Source: Hormiphora californensis (Eukaryota; Animalia; Ctenophora). Taken from it: a DNA stretch of 64,000 bases. Numbering within the stretch: position 1 is the first letter of the stretch; the number at the start of each line of letters is the position of its first letter. The position numbers and the translations under genes are program-made. The notes under the pieces were generated by a model, which was not told the DNA's origin, ran no database searches, and saw only the letters and a list, made by a program, of their open reading frames with translations. The DNA is taken from positions 434,001-498,000 of the forward strand of contig CM035358.1 in assembly GCA_020137815.1 (NCBI GenBank), given 5' to 3'. This document shows positions 25,491-37,115 of this stretch, in pieces.

Positions 25491-26977
25491 AACAAAAAAA
25501 AAAAACATCCCCTCCCCTTTCCCCCCTCCTTCCCCCCCCCCTCTCCCCCCCTCCCCCTCCTCCCCCTTTTCTTCCCTATCTTTTTCGAGGCCCCTCAAAG
25601 GAAAAACCCTAATTTGTTAGAACCTCCCCCTATTTCTTTTGCTTTGGGTCCCCTCTTCTCATCCGGGTTTTTCCTCAGTTCTATATATCAGTTTCTTTTG
25701 CTCTCCTTCTCTGCACGACATCATAAATCATTTGCATTTGTTCATGCTCATTCTCAACTATATTCTTCCTTGTAGTTCAATATAACGTGGTAGTTCACTG
25801 GAAGATCTCGTCTTCCCCTCATATTCAACCTCCTTACCATGCCATGTAATTCTGCCCAACTGTGATCTGATCTCATACCGGATATCATTTTTGGTTGCAT
25901 ATATCACCCAGCCCTGTATTCGATTATGCGTTTCCAAGTTCGCTGTCCACACTACCCAGCATGATCAGCGATCATTGTTTGCTCATTATATGAAGATCTC
26001 CCTCTCCCTCTCTCTCTCCATAGTTCGACAATAGGAGGGCTAATAAGCAACGCAGCCACCTTAGAAAGACCGATCCTATTATAATGCTTTCGCCCTTCCT
26101 TTATATTTCTCCTTTTCTCTCTCTATCTCTCACACTCTCTTTCTTTCTCTATTCTTATAACGCCTAGGCCAAGCAGAAAGACCGGTGTGTTACTATTGTA
26201 GTACGTCTTTCCATTGTCCAGGATGCTCGATATGTGTCACACATGTAGAACATGAACCAACCCTTCTCTTTGTCTGTGACGTTAGACCCCGCCACGTACA
26301 ACTCCATTAAATTATTCGCAGAGCTTCTTTTGTGTGGCTTTAACTTCTATTTAGCTACAACAGCTGTCTATATAGCATGAAATAATTCGATGGTGAAATT
26401 AACTTAGGCAATTACTTCATGTCACTATGACTAACCAGTTTTGGTTTCATTGCTAACATCCTAACTAAATATCTGTTTCAAGGTACCTAACGCCTTCCAT
26501 CTTCTAGATGATGGGTCACGGGAACATAGCGGATATGATGCAGTTAAAAAGGAAGCTCGCCCAGCAACTAGGACAAGTTAACCAGATGATTTCGACCAAC
26601 ATGATGACAGGACCACCTGTGATGCAGCCTAGAGCTGCCCAGAACGGCACCGGTGGTGGCACTCTCATCACGCCATATCAGGTATAATGAGGGCCGCTAT
26701 AAATATAAAACGCTTATACAGTGTGTTTGAAAGAGAGGAGGAGAGACGAGAGAGAGAGAGAGAGAGAAGGCCAGACGAGAGAGAGAGATAGAGAGACCCC
26801 CGAGGAGAGAGAGAGATACGAAGAGAGAGAGAGAGAGAGAGAAGAGAGACGGGAGAGAGAGAGACGAGACGGAGAGAGGAGAAGAGATGAGAGTAGAGAG
26901 AGACGAGAGAGAGATGAGCGAGAGAGAATGCACGAGGAGAGAGACGAGGAGAGAGAGAAGTAGAGACGAGGAAGATC

Positions 26978-27052
<75 letters not shown>

Positions 27053-29622
27053 AAGAGGAAAATATAGAGAAACATGGAGAAATATAGAGAGCTAGAGAAA
27101 AGGGGATTCAATTTTTTACAAGGCCGGTGGTAAACGCGGTAGTACTCAAGCCATTTTAGATTGTCTAAATTCTGATCTCTTTTCACAGCAGCAGCAGCAG
27201 ATGCACGCACCACAAGTCCAGCATTTCCCTACTACCAGCTCCCAGCAGCACCCCTGCAGATCCTACAGCAGCGATAACCAACCAGAAACTTCAACTGGAA
27301 CTGGAACGCACCAAGGCCCGACTTGATATGTTGATGGAACAGCAGAAACAAATGCAGATGATCCCTGGGATGCAGCAGAAGCATCACCCGCAGGTCAGCC
27401 AGGCAGCTGGTCTACAACAAATGCTACAACACCAACAACATCAACAGCAGCATGCTATGGGGCAGCCGAGTTTGCCGTTGCTACAGAAACAACTACAGCA
27501 ACAGCAACACAACCTGGCCATGCAGCAACACCATCAGCAACACCAGAATGCAGCCCTGATGCAACGAGCAGGCACCTTTTCAACCATCATGGAGGAACAC
27601 CACAAGAAGCAGATGCAACAGATGCAGATGGCTGCTGCAGCGGCCAAGAAGCGACAACCACCACCCATTCAGAGCATGTTGCAACAGCAAAGCAAGGTTC
27701 CTCGACAACATCTACCACCGGGTGTTCAAATCATGCCAAAACCAAAACCACAACCAGGCACTCTCCAGCAGACATCTGTACCCCTTCCACCCAACATTCT
27801 CCCTCGACGATCCCCCACCATGGCCACAAGCACGACCGGATCTACCCCACACTCTCTTGTGAACGTCGTCATAACGTAAGTTATCTCTGATGCGCTAGCC
27901 AGCGCTCTCTGATTATCAACTAGGGGGGGGGGTTGGGTAGAACATTCTCGGAATTCACAGGATTTCTAAACTGTGTTTTATATGTGATATGTTTATATTG
28001 GGTTGAGGGATATCAGAGTGAATATATTTGCAGATGAGGGTCGACTGATAGCGCAGTAATGTAATCACTCCCTCCATTAATCAACTTATCATCGAAATTA
28101 TATTAGAATTCCGGGGACCTCTCGGCCCGCTCTGGGCCTGGGAAGTAAACTAATTTTCTCCGATAATATTGTGATCTCGGGCACAACATCACCCTCGTAC
28201 GGTATATCTCTTTCTCCTTCTCTTGTCTTCTGCGTTGAAGACAATAGTTGGATAGAGAGATATAGAGAGCGAGGGGCCCTTCACTAGCAAGAGCCAATTT
28301 CACCCAGAAAAGAAGGATTTTCTTTTACAAATATACCGACATGGGAGAAAAATATCGCATAAATTATAGAGCGTAACAAGCACAAGCATTATCCGGGTTT
28401 ATATTTGGAGACAAATTACATTTATGACGACAAGAGATCTAATAATCATCCCCCCTCCTCAGTAATAACACCAGACCAAGTCACCCTGTACCTGTGGTAC
28501 CAACTGCTCCTGTTGTCTCAGTAGCCCAAATGCCCAAAGTTTCCACCCCTACACCCCTACCAACGTCAGGAAGTCAAACAGTTCAACCAACAGTTTCTAC
28601 CCCTAACAAAATCCAACAGCAGAGGTTGACCGTGAACTCGGTTCAGCAGGCCCTTCAAGCTGCTACAGCAACCAATCCTAAACAACCAGTGTTAGCAAAC
28701 AGCACTTTCAACATGGCTAACAGTCGACTTCCAGGTAAAACATAGAATCATTGAAATAACAGCTTATTGGACAATTTGGAATACTTCTGTGAAACTAAAC
28801 CCAGGCCTTGTTTTATGACTGTGAATTTAGCCACTTTTTTGATGTTTTTTAACGCTTACCTTCACCGTCAGGGTGGTCTAAGAAGATGGACTTTTTGTTG
28901 CAAGAGTTAACAGGGGAGATATTGGGGAAATTGAAGCAGTATCATGGGATCAACTTTCCTAATAAGGTAAGGACCTGGACCTCTGCCAGAAACACAATGC
29001 AGAATGGGGGAAACTGGAATTGGAGCCGACGTTTGTAAAGAACACACATTTTCTCTAACTTCTAAACCTGTTCTTTCAGACCGAATATCACTCCATGGAT
29101 AGTGCTGTAAAACGAGGTGAATTCAGAGAGCTGAGTGAGCAGGAAGTAGCCAGCCGGTGCACCTCAACTCTCAGTACCGCGGACAACACAACATCAAGCA
29201 ACGTACCGCCTGGGTCTGAGAAGGAGGAGGAGAAAGAAGAGAAAGATTTCCCGCCTCTACCACCCCTAGATCACCACCCAGCTACCTCATCTTATCCTCC
29301 CATTAAAACTGAGCCCATTCACGTTAAAATAGAAAAGAAATCTCCGGTTGTTAAGGTTGAACCTATGGACACAGAGGAAGATAGGAAGGTTTACCCGGCA
29401 TGTTCCTCTTCAATCCAACCTCCAGCCACATCGTCCTCCTCGACCAGCGGGACCCCAACATCAGCACCTAGCTCTCTAACTCCCACCTCAGAGCATAACA
29501 AACCCAACGATCAAAACAATGTACACATAGGAAACCTTCAGCCTGTGTTTTTTATGTTTCAAAAGGACCAAGAAGACAGTGAGAACATCGACGTGAACAA
29601 TAACTATCTCGCCAACATGTGA
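24988..29622 (+). CDS. Multi-exon Gln/Pro-rich, low-complexity, probably nuclear protein; no domain recognised
   Basis: Exons at about 24988-25119, 26508-26682, 27189-27875, 28463-28734, 28872-28966 and 29080-29622 with GT-AG ends. Poly-Q tracts; C-terminal IKTE/VKIE/VKVE. One or two apparent indels. Confidence 0.75.
26730..27050. repeat. Degenerate (GA)n tract in an intron
   Basis: Seen directly. Confidence 0.9.
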
Positions 29623-31196
29623 TTACTTTTAGGAGAGTTTTTAGATTTCATTATCTCATGGTGTGGTTTGTCAGAGATCATGAGAGCTAGAGGGGAGGCA
29701 GTGTTTTTATCAGTCAGGGGGATTTCTCGTAATCCAAATATATTTTAATGGGTTCTACAATGGACCGTGGTATTATAATTAATTGGGCCATTAATTATAA
29801 TTAATTGGGTCATTAATTATAATTAATGCGTACGATCAGGTGCAAATCATGCGAGATTTTATCGTTTACTTTTAGCTGTTGTTCTGTTATGTGTGTGTGT
29901 CAGATGGTCGTTGTTTTAACTATCTCTTTTTTGTTGTTTTTGTAAATTTGGGCTAGATATTGATTTTATTAGGCTTAGGCTTAGTTATGTTTTGTGTCTA
30001 ACTAACTGTGAGCAAGCTAGAAGTTTCAACTATACAACCCACTAACACACATTATATGAGTTTTTAGCGCTTTTTGTTTTTGTTTACTGCAGCTTATATT
30101 TGGAAAATTACTGAGAGCAACTTTTTGTTTTACAACTATTTTCTCCTAATAATAAAAAAGCCCATATATTGGTTTTTGCCTAATGATAAAAAGTTTTTGC
30201 CCATTTTGATATTCTTTTGTGCCTGCACTTTGCACATTGCTGAGTTTCCCCGGTTAAGAAAAAGCTAACTTATTCTCCCTTCAATCGAAATTATGTGTCG
30301 TCTTTTGGAAATATGTCCCAGTGGGAAAATAATGCTCATTGTGTCCTTTCACTCATCAGCTGTCAGCTTGACACAATCAGGCCCCAAACAGATGTTGAAA
30401 TATCAATTAACATGTCACCCTGTCCCCTCACCAACGACAACGTCTAGACCCAGACCACACTCCCTGTCAGAAGAAGTAACTTACATAGTTGAAGCGATGG
30501 GTAGATCTTTATCTTCATGTTGTCTCTTGGGCCGCTGAAAAGAAAGGTGTTATTATAACAGGAATTATATTTCCCCTAACGAAAGTGGAATAATGTGGTT
30601 CTCCGGGGCATACATCTTGACAGTTGTTGTTGTTGTTAACCAATTAAAATTTGTCAGAAAACCAGAGAAATTAAAAATTCTTTGAAGAGTTAAAAATAAT
30701 GGCTAACAACCGCATGAAAAGTAACACAAAGATTTTGTTAAAATTAGAATTAATTTGAACTGTTATACATGGACAAGGAAGGAACACACACAGTCAAAAA
30801 AACATTGTCCATTGTTCAACGTATCCACTTGTTAAGGGTCCCGGTTGTTCTTGGTGTGTGGGTTGTGTCATCATAGTACGCTTTAAAAATATTAAACTCT
30901 CCTCTCTGCCAGCGGGTTTTTGGGTTTCATATCCTGAGAAGAAGGAATGGTTATCAAGTAGTATAACAACTGGCGCAGTTGTATAGAATTAGTAAACATT
31001 TACTGGAAGACTGAAAGTAAACGTGGTCTCCCAGACCACATGGAAGAGTCGAGGGATAGTAAGAATTCGTTATTATACCAACTTTGGCTGCGTGTTGCTG
31101 TGTTATAGAGAAAGGTAAAAAAGGGGAGCACGCCATGATGCTCTCGGCCATTTAAAAGTTCAAGTACATACCCCGTTCTAAGAGATGTACACGTGT

Positions 31197-34100
31197 TTAC
31201 TGAGGTTTACTGGCAGCTGCCTGTTGTTGACTCAATTGGGTCCAATACACCTGGGCCTGTTGCTCACCATACATTTGAACCAGCTGCTGATAGTAGGCAG
31301 CCCATTGCTGCTGGACACCTGGGGGGAGGGTTACCATGGTTACCAGAATGCAGGTGGAAACAGAGTAGTATTGGGAGAATGAGAAGAAGAAAGAGGGTAA
31401 TTAACAGTTCAATTTCAGGTCTTCTTTAACAGTTTATAAAGAGTTATAATTTTTAGCCAATATATATCAAAATGTATATCCAACGAATATAAAACATGGT
31501 CAACGAATGAATTGGTTCACTCACGATTCGAGAACTGACCGTAGCGGACTGGATGACACTAGAGGAAGACCACCTGGGCATGTATCGAAATTTTTAGACA
31601 AGTATCATCAGAGAAATATATATTCATAGTTATATCAAATTGCAATATATAATGAAGGGGGTGAGTGCTCGTGAAAAATAGAACGGAAAGGAACCAATTA
31701 TGTAAAGTTCTCAACAAGTTAGCAGTCCCACACACACTCTCAGGAAGGAGGCCAATTAGAGGAGCTCAGATCTCAGTCCCATGACATGCGCAAAATAGCT
31801 CTCGGAGATGGGGTACATCAAATGAAATTGTATAGCAAAAAGAATACATAAAATGGAATGGTATATACAGAAAATAACCAACGTTCACTAATAACCAAAT
31901 GCACTTATTTTATAGCTCAATCAATGCAATGTAAAATGTATTCAAATGTATTCAAATGTATTCAAATGTATAGCAATGGCATAACGTGTAGAAAATGCAA
32001 TATAATAATGAACCGCAAACTTATAGAAATTCACAATGAATATCATATTAAATTTTCTTACCTACAAAATTTTTGTATCAGCACTTCCCGCGTTATCGCG
32101 GCTTCACGGCCCCTTCGAGCCGTCTGAAAGGGGAGCCCCCAAAAACCCGGAAAGAAATGGAAAATAGAATAGAAATCACACAAATTCAGAAAACAAGGAA
32201 TGGACGGACAAACAAACTGCAGACAAACAAGACAGCCGGTGGCCGTGGGACCGGTAGACCCCCCACAAACAAGACAGCCGGTAGTAGACCCCCCACAAAC
32301 AGGACAGCCGGTAGTAGACCCCCCACAAACTTTGTGATGAACTGTTGCCGGATGGTTGGGATGTAGCAGGAGCTGCTGAGGCAGCAGGCTGAGAGCTGGG
32401 TGGGGCAGATTGTTGCTGTCCAGGTGGACCTCCTCCCTGTTGTCCGGGCATGCCTCCACCCATCTGTTGGGGGTAGTACTGGGCGTAGTAGGCTGCCATC
32501 TGCTGCTGGTACGCCATCGCTGAAAACGGAGAGATGTCTTAGGGGCAAGGGAGACGGGATGAGATGGGATTAGGATAAAAAGCCCCTAACACCCTGATAT
32601 AATATAGCTCATACCTGCGGGATCCTGGTGGCCCATCATTTGCTGTTGACCACCATATCCACCACCACCACCACCGCCTTGGTTACCACCATGACCGCCA
32701 TAGCCACCACCTCCGTAGCCACCACCACCACCACCATAACCACCGCCATATCCTCCACCGCTGGAAAACTGACCTGAGGATTAGCATGTTTTATAAAGGA
32801 GCAATGACAACATAATGTTTTATGAAGGAGTGGGTCGTGCGATGGCCCCACTATTGTAAGTAGGATATAAAAATGTTTGATAAGGAGCACACCTACCATC
32901 TCCTATGATCTTGCTAATTTCCTCTTTGGCTGCCTTGATCTGCTCGGGTGTTCCCTTGATAAAGAACTGCTTGGTGGGAGCATCGTGGGGAGAGTTCTTA
33001 TCCATCTCAACGTGGGCACCAGTGTGCTCCTTCATTCGGTTAATTGTCTCTCCTTTCTGTTAAAAAGAGGAAGATAAGCTGTTATTCATACAATGCAGCA
33101 GGCAGCTTGCATTTCAAAAGATAACGATCCCGATCAAATTATCTGGGTAGGAGGGTGTGGCCACTCCTATTTGATAATTTCTCCATACCTTTCCAATGAC
33201 AAGTCCACATTTGTTAGCAGGCACATGATACACCTCACTCTGCTGATTGGGTCCACCCTTACTGTCCTTTAGGGCAACCTTAGCAAGCAGGTCCTTAACT
33301 CGAGCCTCAGCCTCCGCTACAGCATCCTTCGATCCGGCAATAGTGAGATATCGTTCACCTTGGATGTTCGGGTCGACTGTGTTGAACTTTACTGTGGCAC
33401 CAGTCTCGGACTGCGTGGGAAAGAATGAGGGGTTAGTGAAGAATAAAGAGCATAATAGACAATTAGAGATCTCTCAAACTATGAAAACTAAAATTGATAT
33501 TTAATCGAGTATTAATGTATCACACCTGTAATCGCTTGATGGTATCACCGCTCCTTCCAATGACAACTCCCACATATTCCTTGGGGACAGGGAGCTGGGT
33601 GGAAGCCTCAGGGGGTGGTTGGTTACCTTGGTTCATACTGTTATAGCTGTTGTAACTATTAAACCCACCACCTCCTCCTCCTCCACCACCACCACCACGC
33701 TGCTGGTTCTGGAACTGGGGGAAGAGGGGAGGTTAGTTCAGTGGACACCAGGAGGGGTAATGTTGGAAAAAGGAGGGCAGGGGATTATAACATTAGGAAG
33801 CTACTAAAAATAAGTCCTGATAAGGTGAGAGAGAGGGGAATTGTGGCACAAACCTCCTGTTGCTGGATGATCCCTGATACAAGTTGTCGAGCCTTTTCAA
33901 TTTGATGAGGTAGACCATGCATTCGAAGAGGTTTCTCTGGTGCGGTGGCATAGATCCCATCCTGAACCATGTTCATTTTACACCCACTTTGCACCGCTAG
34001 ATCTTTAATTGTCTCTCCACCACGACCTAACAGGGTGAAGATGTAACAGTTAATTACACTCCTTGTTATGTTCTAACCCTCCTTTACATTTGAAACAGAG

Positions 34101-35385
34101 TCAAGTTAGGCGATACACTCCTTTGAATGAAATAAAGACATTAAAAGATTTCTGGGACACATACCGATGACAAGTCCGACTTTGTTTTGGGGAATTAGCA
34201 TGTCCACGGTCTCGACAGCCATGTTCTGGAGCATCTCTAGATTATCCTGACCTGGCATCCCTCCAATGGGGGCCTGGGGTGCGTACTGGTGGATAATACC
34301 ACGAATCTGCTCCTTGCACATCTCAATACACTGTCGAGAACCTGGAAATAGGTGTCATTGTTGAGGTAGTGGTGGGGTGGGGCAGTCTCTAGAAGAGGAC
34401 ACAATGAACACTTACTACCTCTTAGTTTCTCATGTACCTGATAGAGTGATAGATCGCTCTGCGTTAGGATCCGGTCCACCGGGTGGGATCTGAAGGTGAC
34501 ATCCTGTGGAACTCTGCAGGCTGCTGAGAGTCTCCCCTGTTAGAAACTGGATGACTGATCCGGGTACCCTAATCTCGTCCTTTAGTCCTCCCTGGCCCTG
34601 CATACTGAAATGGAAGGTGGTCAGGAAGAGATTACCATGGTTAAACAGACAAATAAAATGTTGTGAAGAGAAAATAGTGCAGGAAGGGATCATTAAAATT
34701 CGATTTAGAAGGGCTCAGTCTCACTTACACGTTGGGTTGACCCATATAATGACCATCCATTGTCATTGGTCGTTTACTAGCTGGCTCTTCTCCTGTGGGG
34801 GATATTGAACGTGATGAACAGAGGGAGTCAAGTTATTTCTAGAGCTGCTGCAGCAGTGGTAATAAGACAACGGGACACAGGAAGTTGAACTGCTAGAGAC
34901 CATCTGATTATGTGTTCGTTCGTCTGTGTGTGTGGTATCCCCGCGGGGCAATGCCGCGCACACGAAATACTGAAATTGTGTACTCTCGCTAGATGCGCGG
35001 GGAAATTACCTGCGATACTACGTTTTCGAGTGTCGAACTCCTGTTGAGGTGAAGTGGGCTCACTGGGGTATCCTTTGTTGGTGTTTTGCAGCTTAGCCGT
35101 TATCTGGAGAGGAGATGGGGTTACTTATCTGGAGGAGGAGGGGGCGAGATGGGGTTACTAGATGGGCGGAGAGATAACGGTAATAAAGGTGTAAGGGAAG
35201 ACTGGAGTTACTTCCCTTACTCCAGTGGAGTTAAACGAAATTTGAGTAGAAATGGGGGTAATCCAAGATAGGTTTAGTTCCCCCACATCATTTATCAAGA
35301 CTGATAACCCCAGTTTCCCCACCTCAAAACGTACCTCTCGAGCAATAAGAAGACTTTTTTGCTGATCAGAGCTTTGAACGGACAT
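31197..35385 (-). CDS. FUBP1: Far upstream element-binding protein / KHSRP / PSI family, four KH domains
   Basis: N-terminal KSLLIARE-ITAKL helix. KH2 VGLVIGRGGETI, KH3 VGVVIGRSGDTI, KH4 CGLVIGKKGETI. Tyr-rich tails MAAYYAQYY and QQWAAYYQQL. Exon 1 35385-35335; last coding exon 31318-31197; splice phases fit where checked. Confidence 0.9.
32222..32331. repeat. 30-bp tandem repeat (~3.5 copies) starting at a FUBP splice donor
   Basis: Minus-strand unit GTTTGTGGGGGGTCTACTACCGGCTGTCYT; the first GT is the donor. Confidence 0.85.
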
Positions 35386-35579
35386 ATGAGCCTTTACTCA
35401 GTAGACAGCTAAGGAAGGTAGACAGCTGTTATGTCACAGATAAAACTGGAAACAAAGACACACAAAGGGTGGTAAAAAATGTACAAAACTCAATTCTAAA
35501 CACATAAATTACTTAACTTTTCAAATTACTACACCGCTTTATCCAGTATTAAAACAAACTACACCGATGCACACAACTA

Positions 35580-37023
35580 TCAAACATTAAGTTTCGGTGC
35601 CTCTACCTCCAGATGTTCCCTATACTTCTCCAGAGCAGGTCTCAACTCCTCCTTCACAAACTTTTCAACTTGTTCCGGGCACCGTCCTATAAACTTACTG
35701 GGATCCAAAATGTCATCCAAACTCTCCTTCACAGGGGCGAAGAACTCGTCTCTAGATACTCGCTCTATCATATCATTAACCCCACCCTCCTCCTTCACAT
35801 TCTTCCCTGCTTCCTGAGCCAGCACTCTCAATCTCTCGTGACACTCTTGTCTGTCAGCCCCAGATTTAACCATCGCCATCAGGATATTCTCTGTGGCCAT
35901 GAAGGGGAGCTCTTCAGAGATCCGTTTAGCAATAACACGAGGGTAGACCACCATCCCACTAACAATGTTTAGAGTGGTGTTGAGCAGGATATCAGCTGTT
36001 AGGAAGGCCTCTGCAATCACCACACGCCTGTTGGCTGAATCGTCCAGGGTTCGTTCGAACCATTGGTTAGCGTGAGTGTGAGCAGCAGAGAGAGGCAAGG
36101 AGAGGAGGTGCCGAGCTAAGGAGCAGCACCTCTCAGATCTCATCGGGTTTCGTTTGTAAGGCATTGCACTGCTACCAATCTGGTTCTTTTCAAATGGTTC
36201 CTCTAGCTCTTTTAGACTGGCTAACAGTCTCAAATCGGTGCAGAACTTATTGACTGAGGTTCCAATACCAGCAACAGCATTCAGGATCATTGCATCAATT
36301 TTCCGGGAGTAAGTTTGGCCGGTAATGGTGAATTTCGAGGAAAACCCAGCTTTCTCGGAAACCAGTTTGTCTAAATCCTCTACCTTGTCATGTTCTCCAT
36401 TGAAGAGCTCCAGAAAACTGGCCTGGGTTCCAGTTGTACCCTTCACGCCCCTGAACCTCATTCCCTCAATCTCACGTTCCAGTGCTGCGAGGTCCAATAA
36501 GAAATCTTGAGCCCAGATACAAGAACGCTTGCCAACTGTTGTGATTTGAGCCGGCTGGAAGTGAGTGAAACCAAGTTGAGGGATTGACTTGTTGGAGACT
36601 GCGAAACTGGCGAATGCATTACAAACCCTAGCTAACTTTGAGCACAGCAACTTCAATCCATCTCTCATCACAATAAGATCAGTGTTGTCCCCAACAAAGC
36701 AGCTGGTAGCCCCTAGATGTATAATTGGAGCTGCAGACTGGACATGCTGCTCCAAAAGTGTGCACGTGGGCCATGACATCATGACGACGAGATTTCTCCT
36801 CAGCGGCAGCTCGAGCCCAGTCAATATTAGATATATTTTCTCGCATTTCTGATATCTGCTCTTTTGTGATTTCTAGACCAAGTTCCATTTCCGATTCTGC
36901 AAGGTCAGCCCAGAGTTTTCGCCAAGTCTCGAACTTCTTCCGATCGGAAAAGATGTAACTCATCTCCTCCGACGCATAGCGATCAGTCAGAGGGCTACGG
37001 TACTTTGATTGGGGTTCTGCCAT
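35580..37023 (-). CDS. ADSL: Adenylosuccinate lyase, intronless, one apparent frameshift near 36740
   Basis: [71 protein letters not shown]. Two overlapping ORFs join at ...ACP/SAAPIIH. Confidence 0.95.
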
Positions 37024-37115
37024 TACACTAGGGTCAAGCTGAAGGTGAAAAAGAGGAAAAGATGGCAAGCGGAGTGGAGAAATCTGAAAATCGCGGCGAA
37101 AAACGGAAAAAAAAC

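Noticed and set aside
26668-27213. SL-rich and ER-rich ORFs (also 10250, 43098, 61837)
   Set aside because: Microsatellite translations.
29770-29828. AT-rich palindromic repeats in the 3' region of the Gln-rich gene
   Set aside because: A short local duplication of low complexity with no evidence of function.
36730-36750. Programmed frameshift or pseudogenisation of ADSL
   Set aside because: No slippery motif seen, and similar single-base indels occur in NIFK and the Gln-rich gene, so assembly error is more likely.
35580-37023. Bacterial horizontal transfer of purB
   Set aside because: Motifs (YRSPLxxRYAS, [14 protein letters not shown]) are those of the eukaryote-type ADSL and composition matches neighbouring exons. 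A phylogeny would be needed to claim otherwise.
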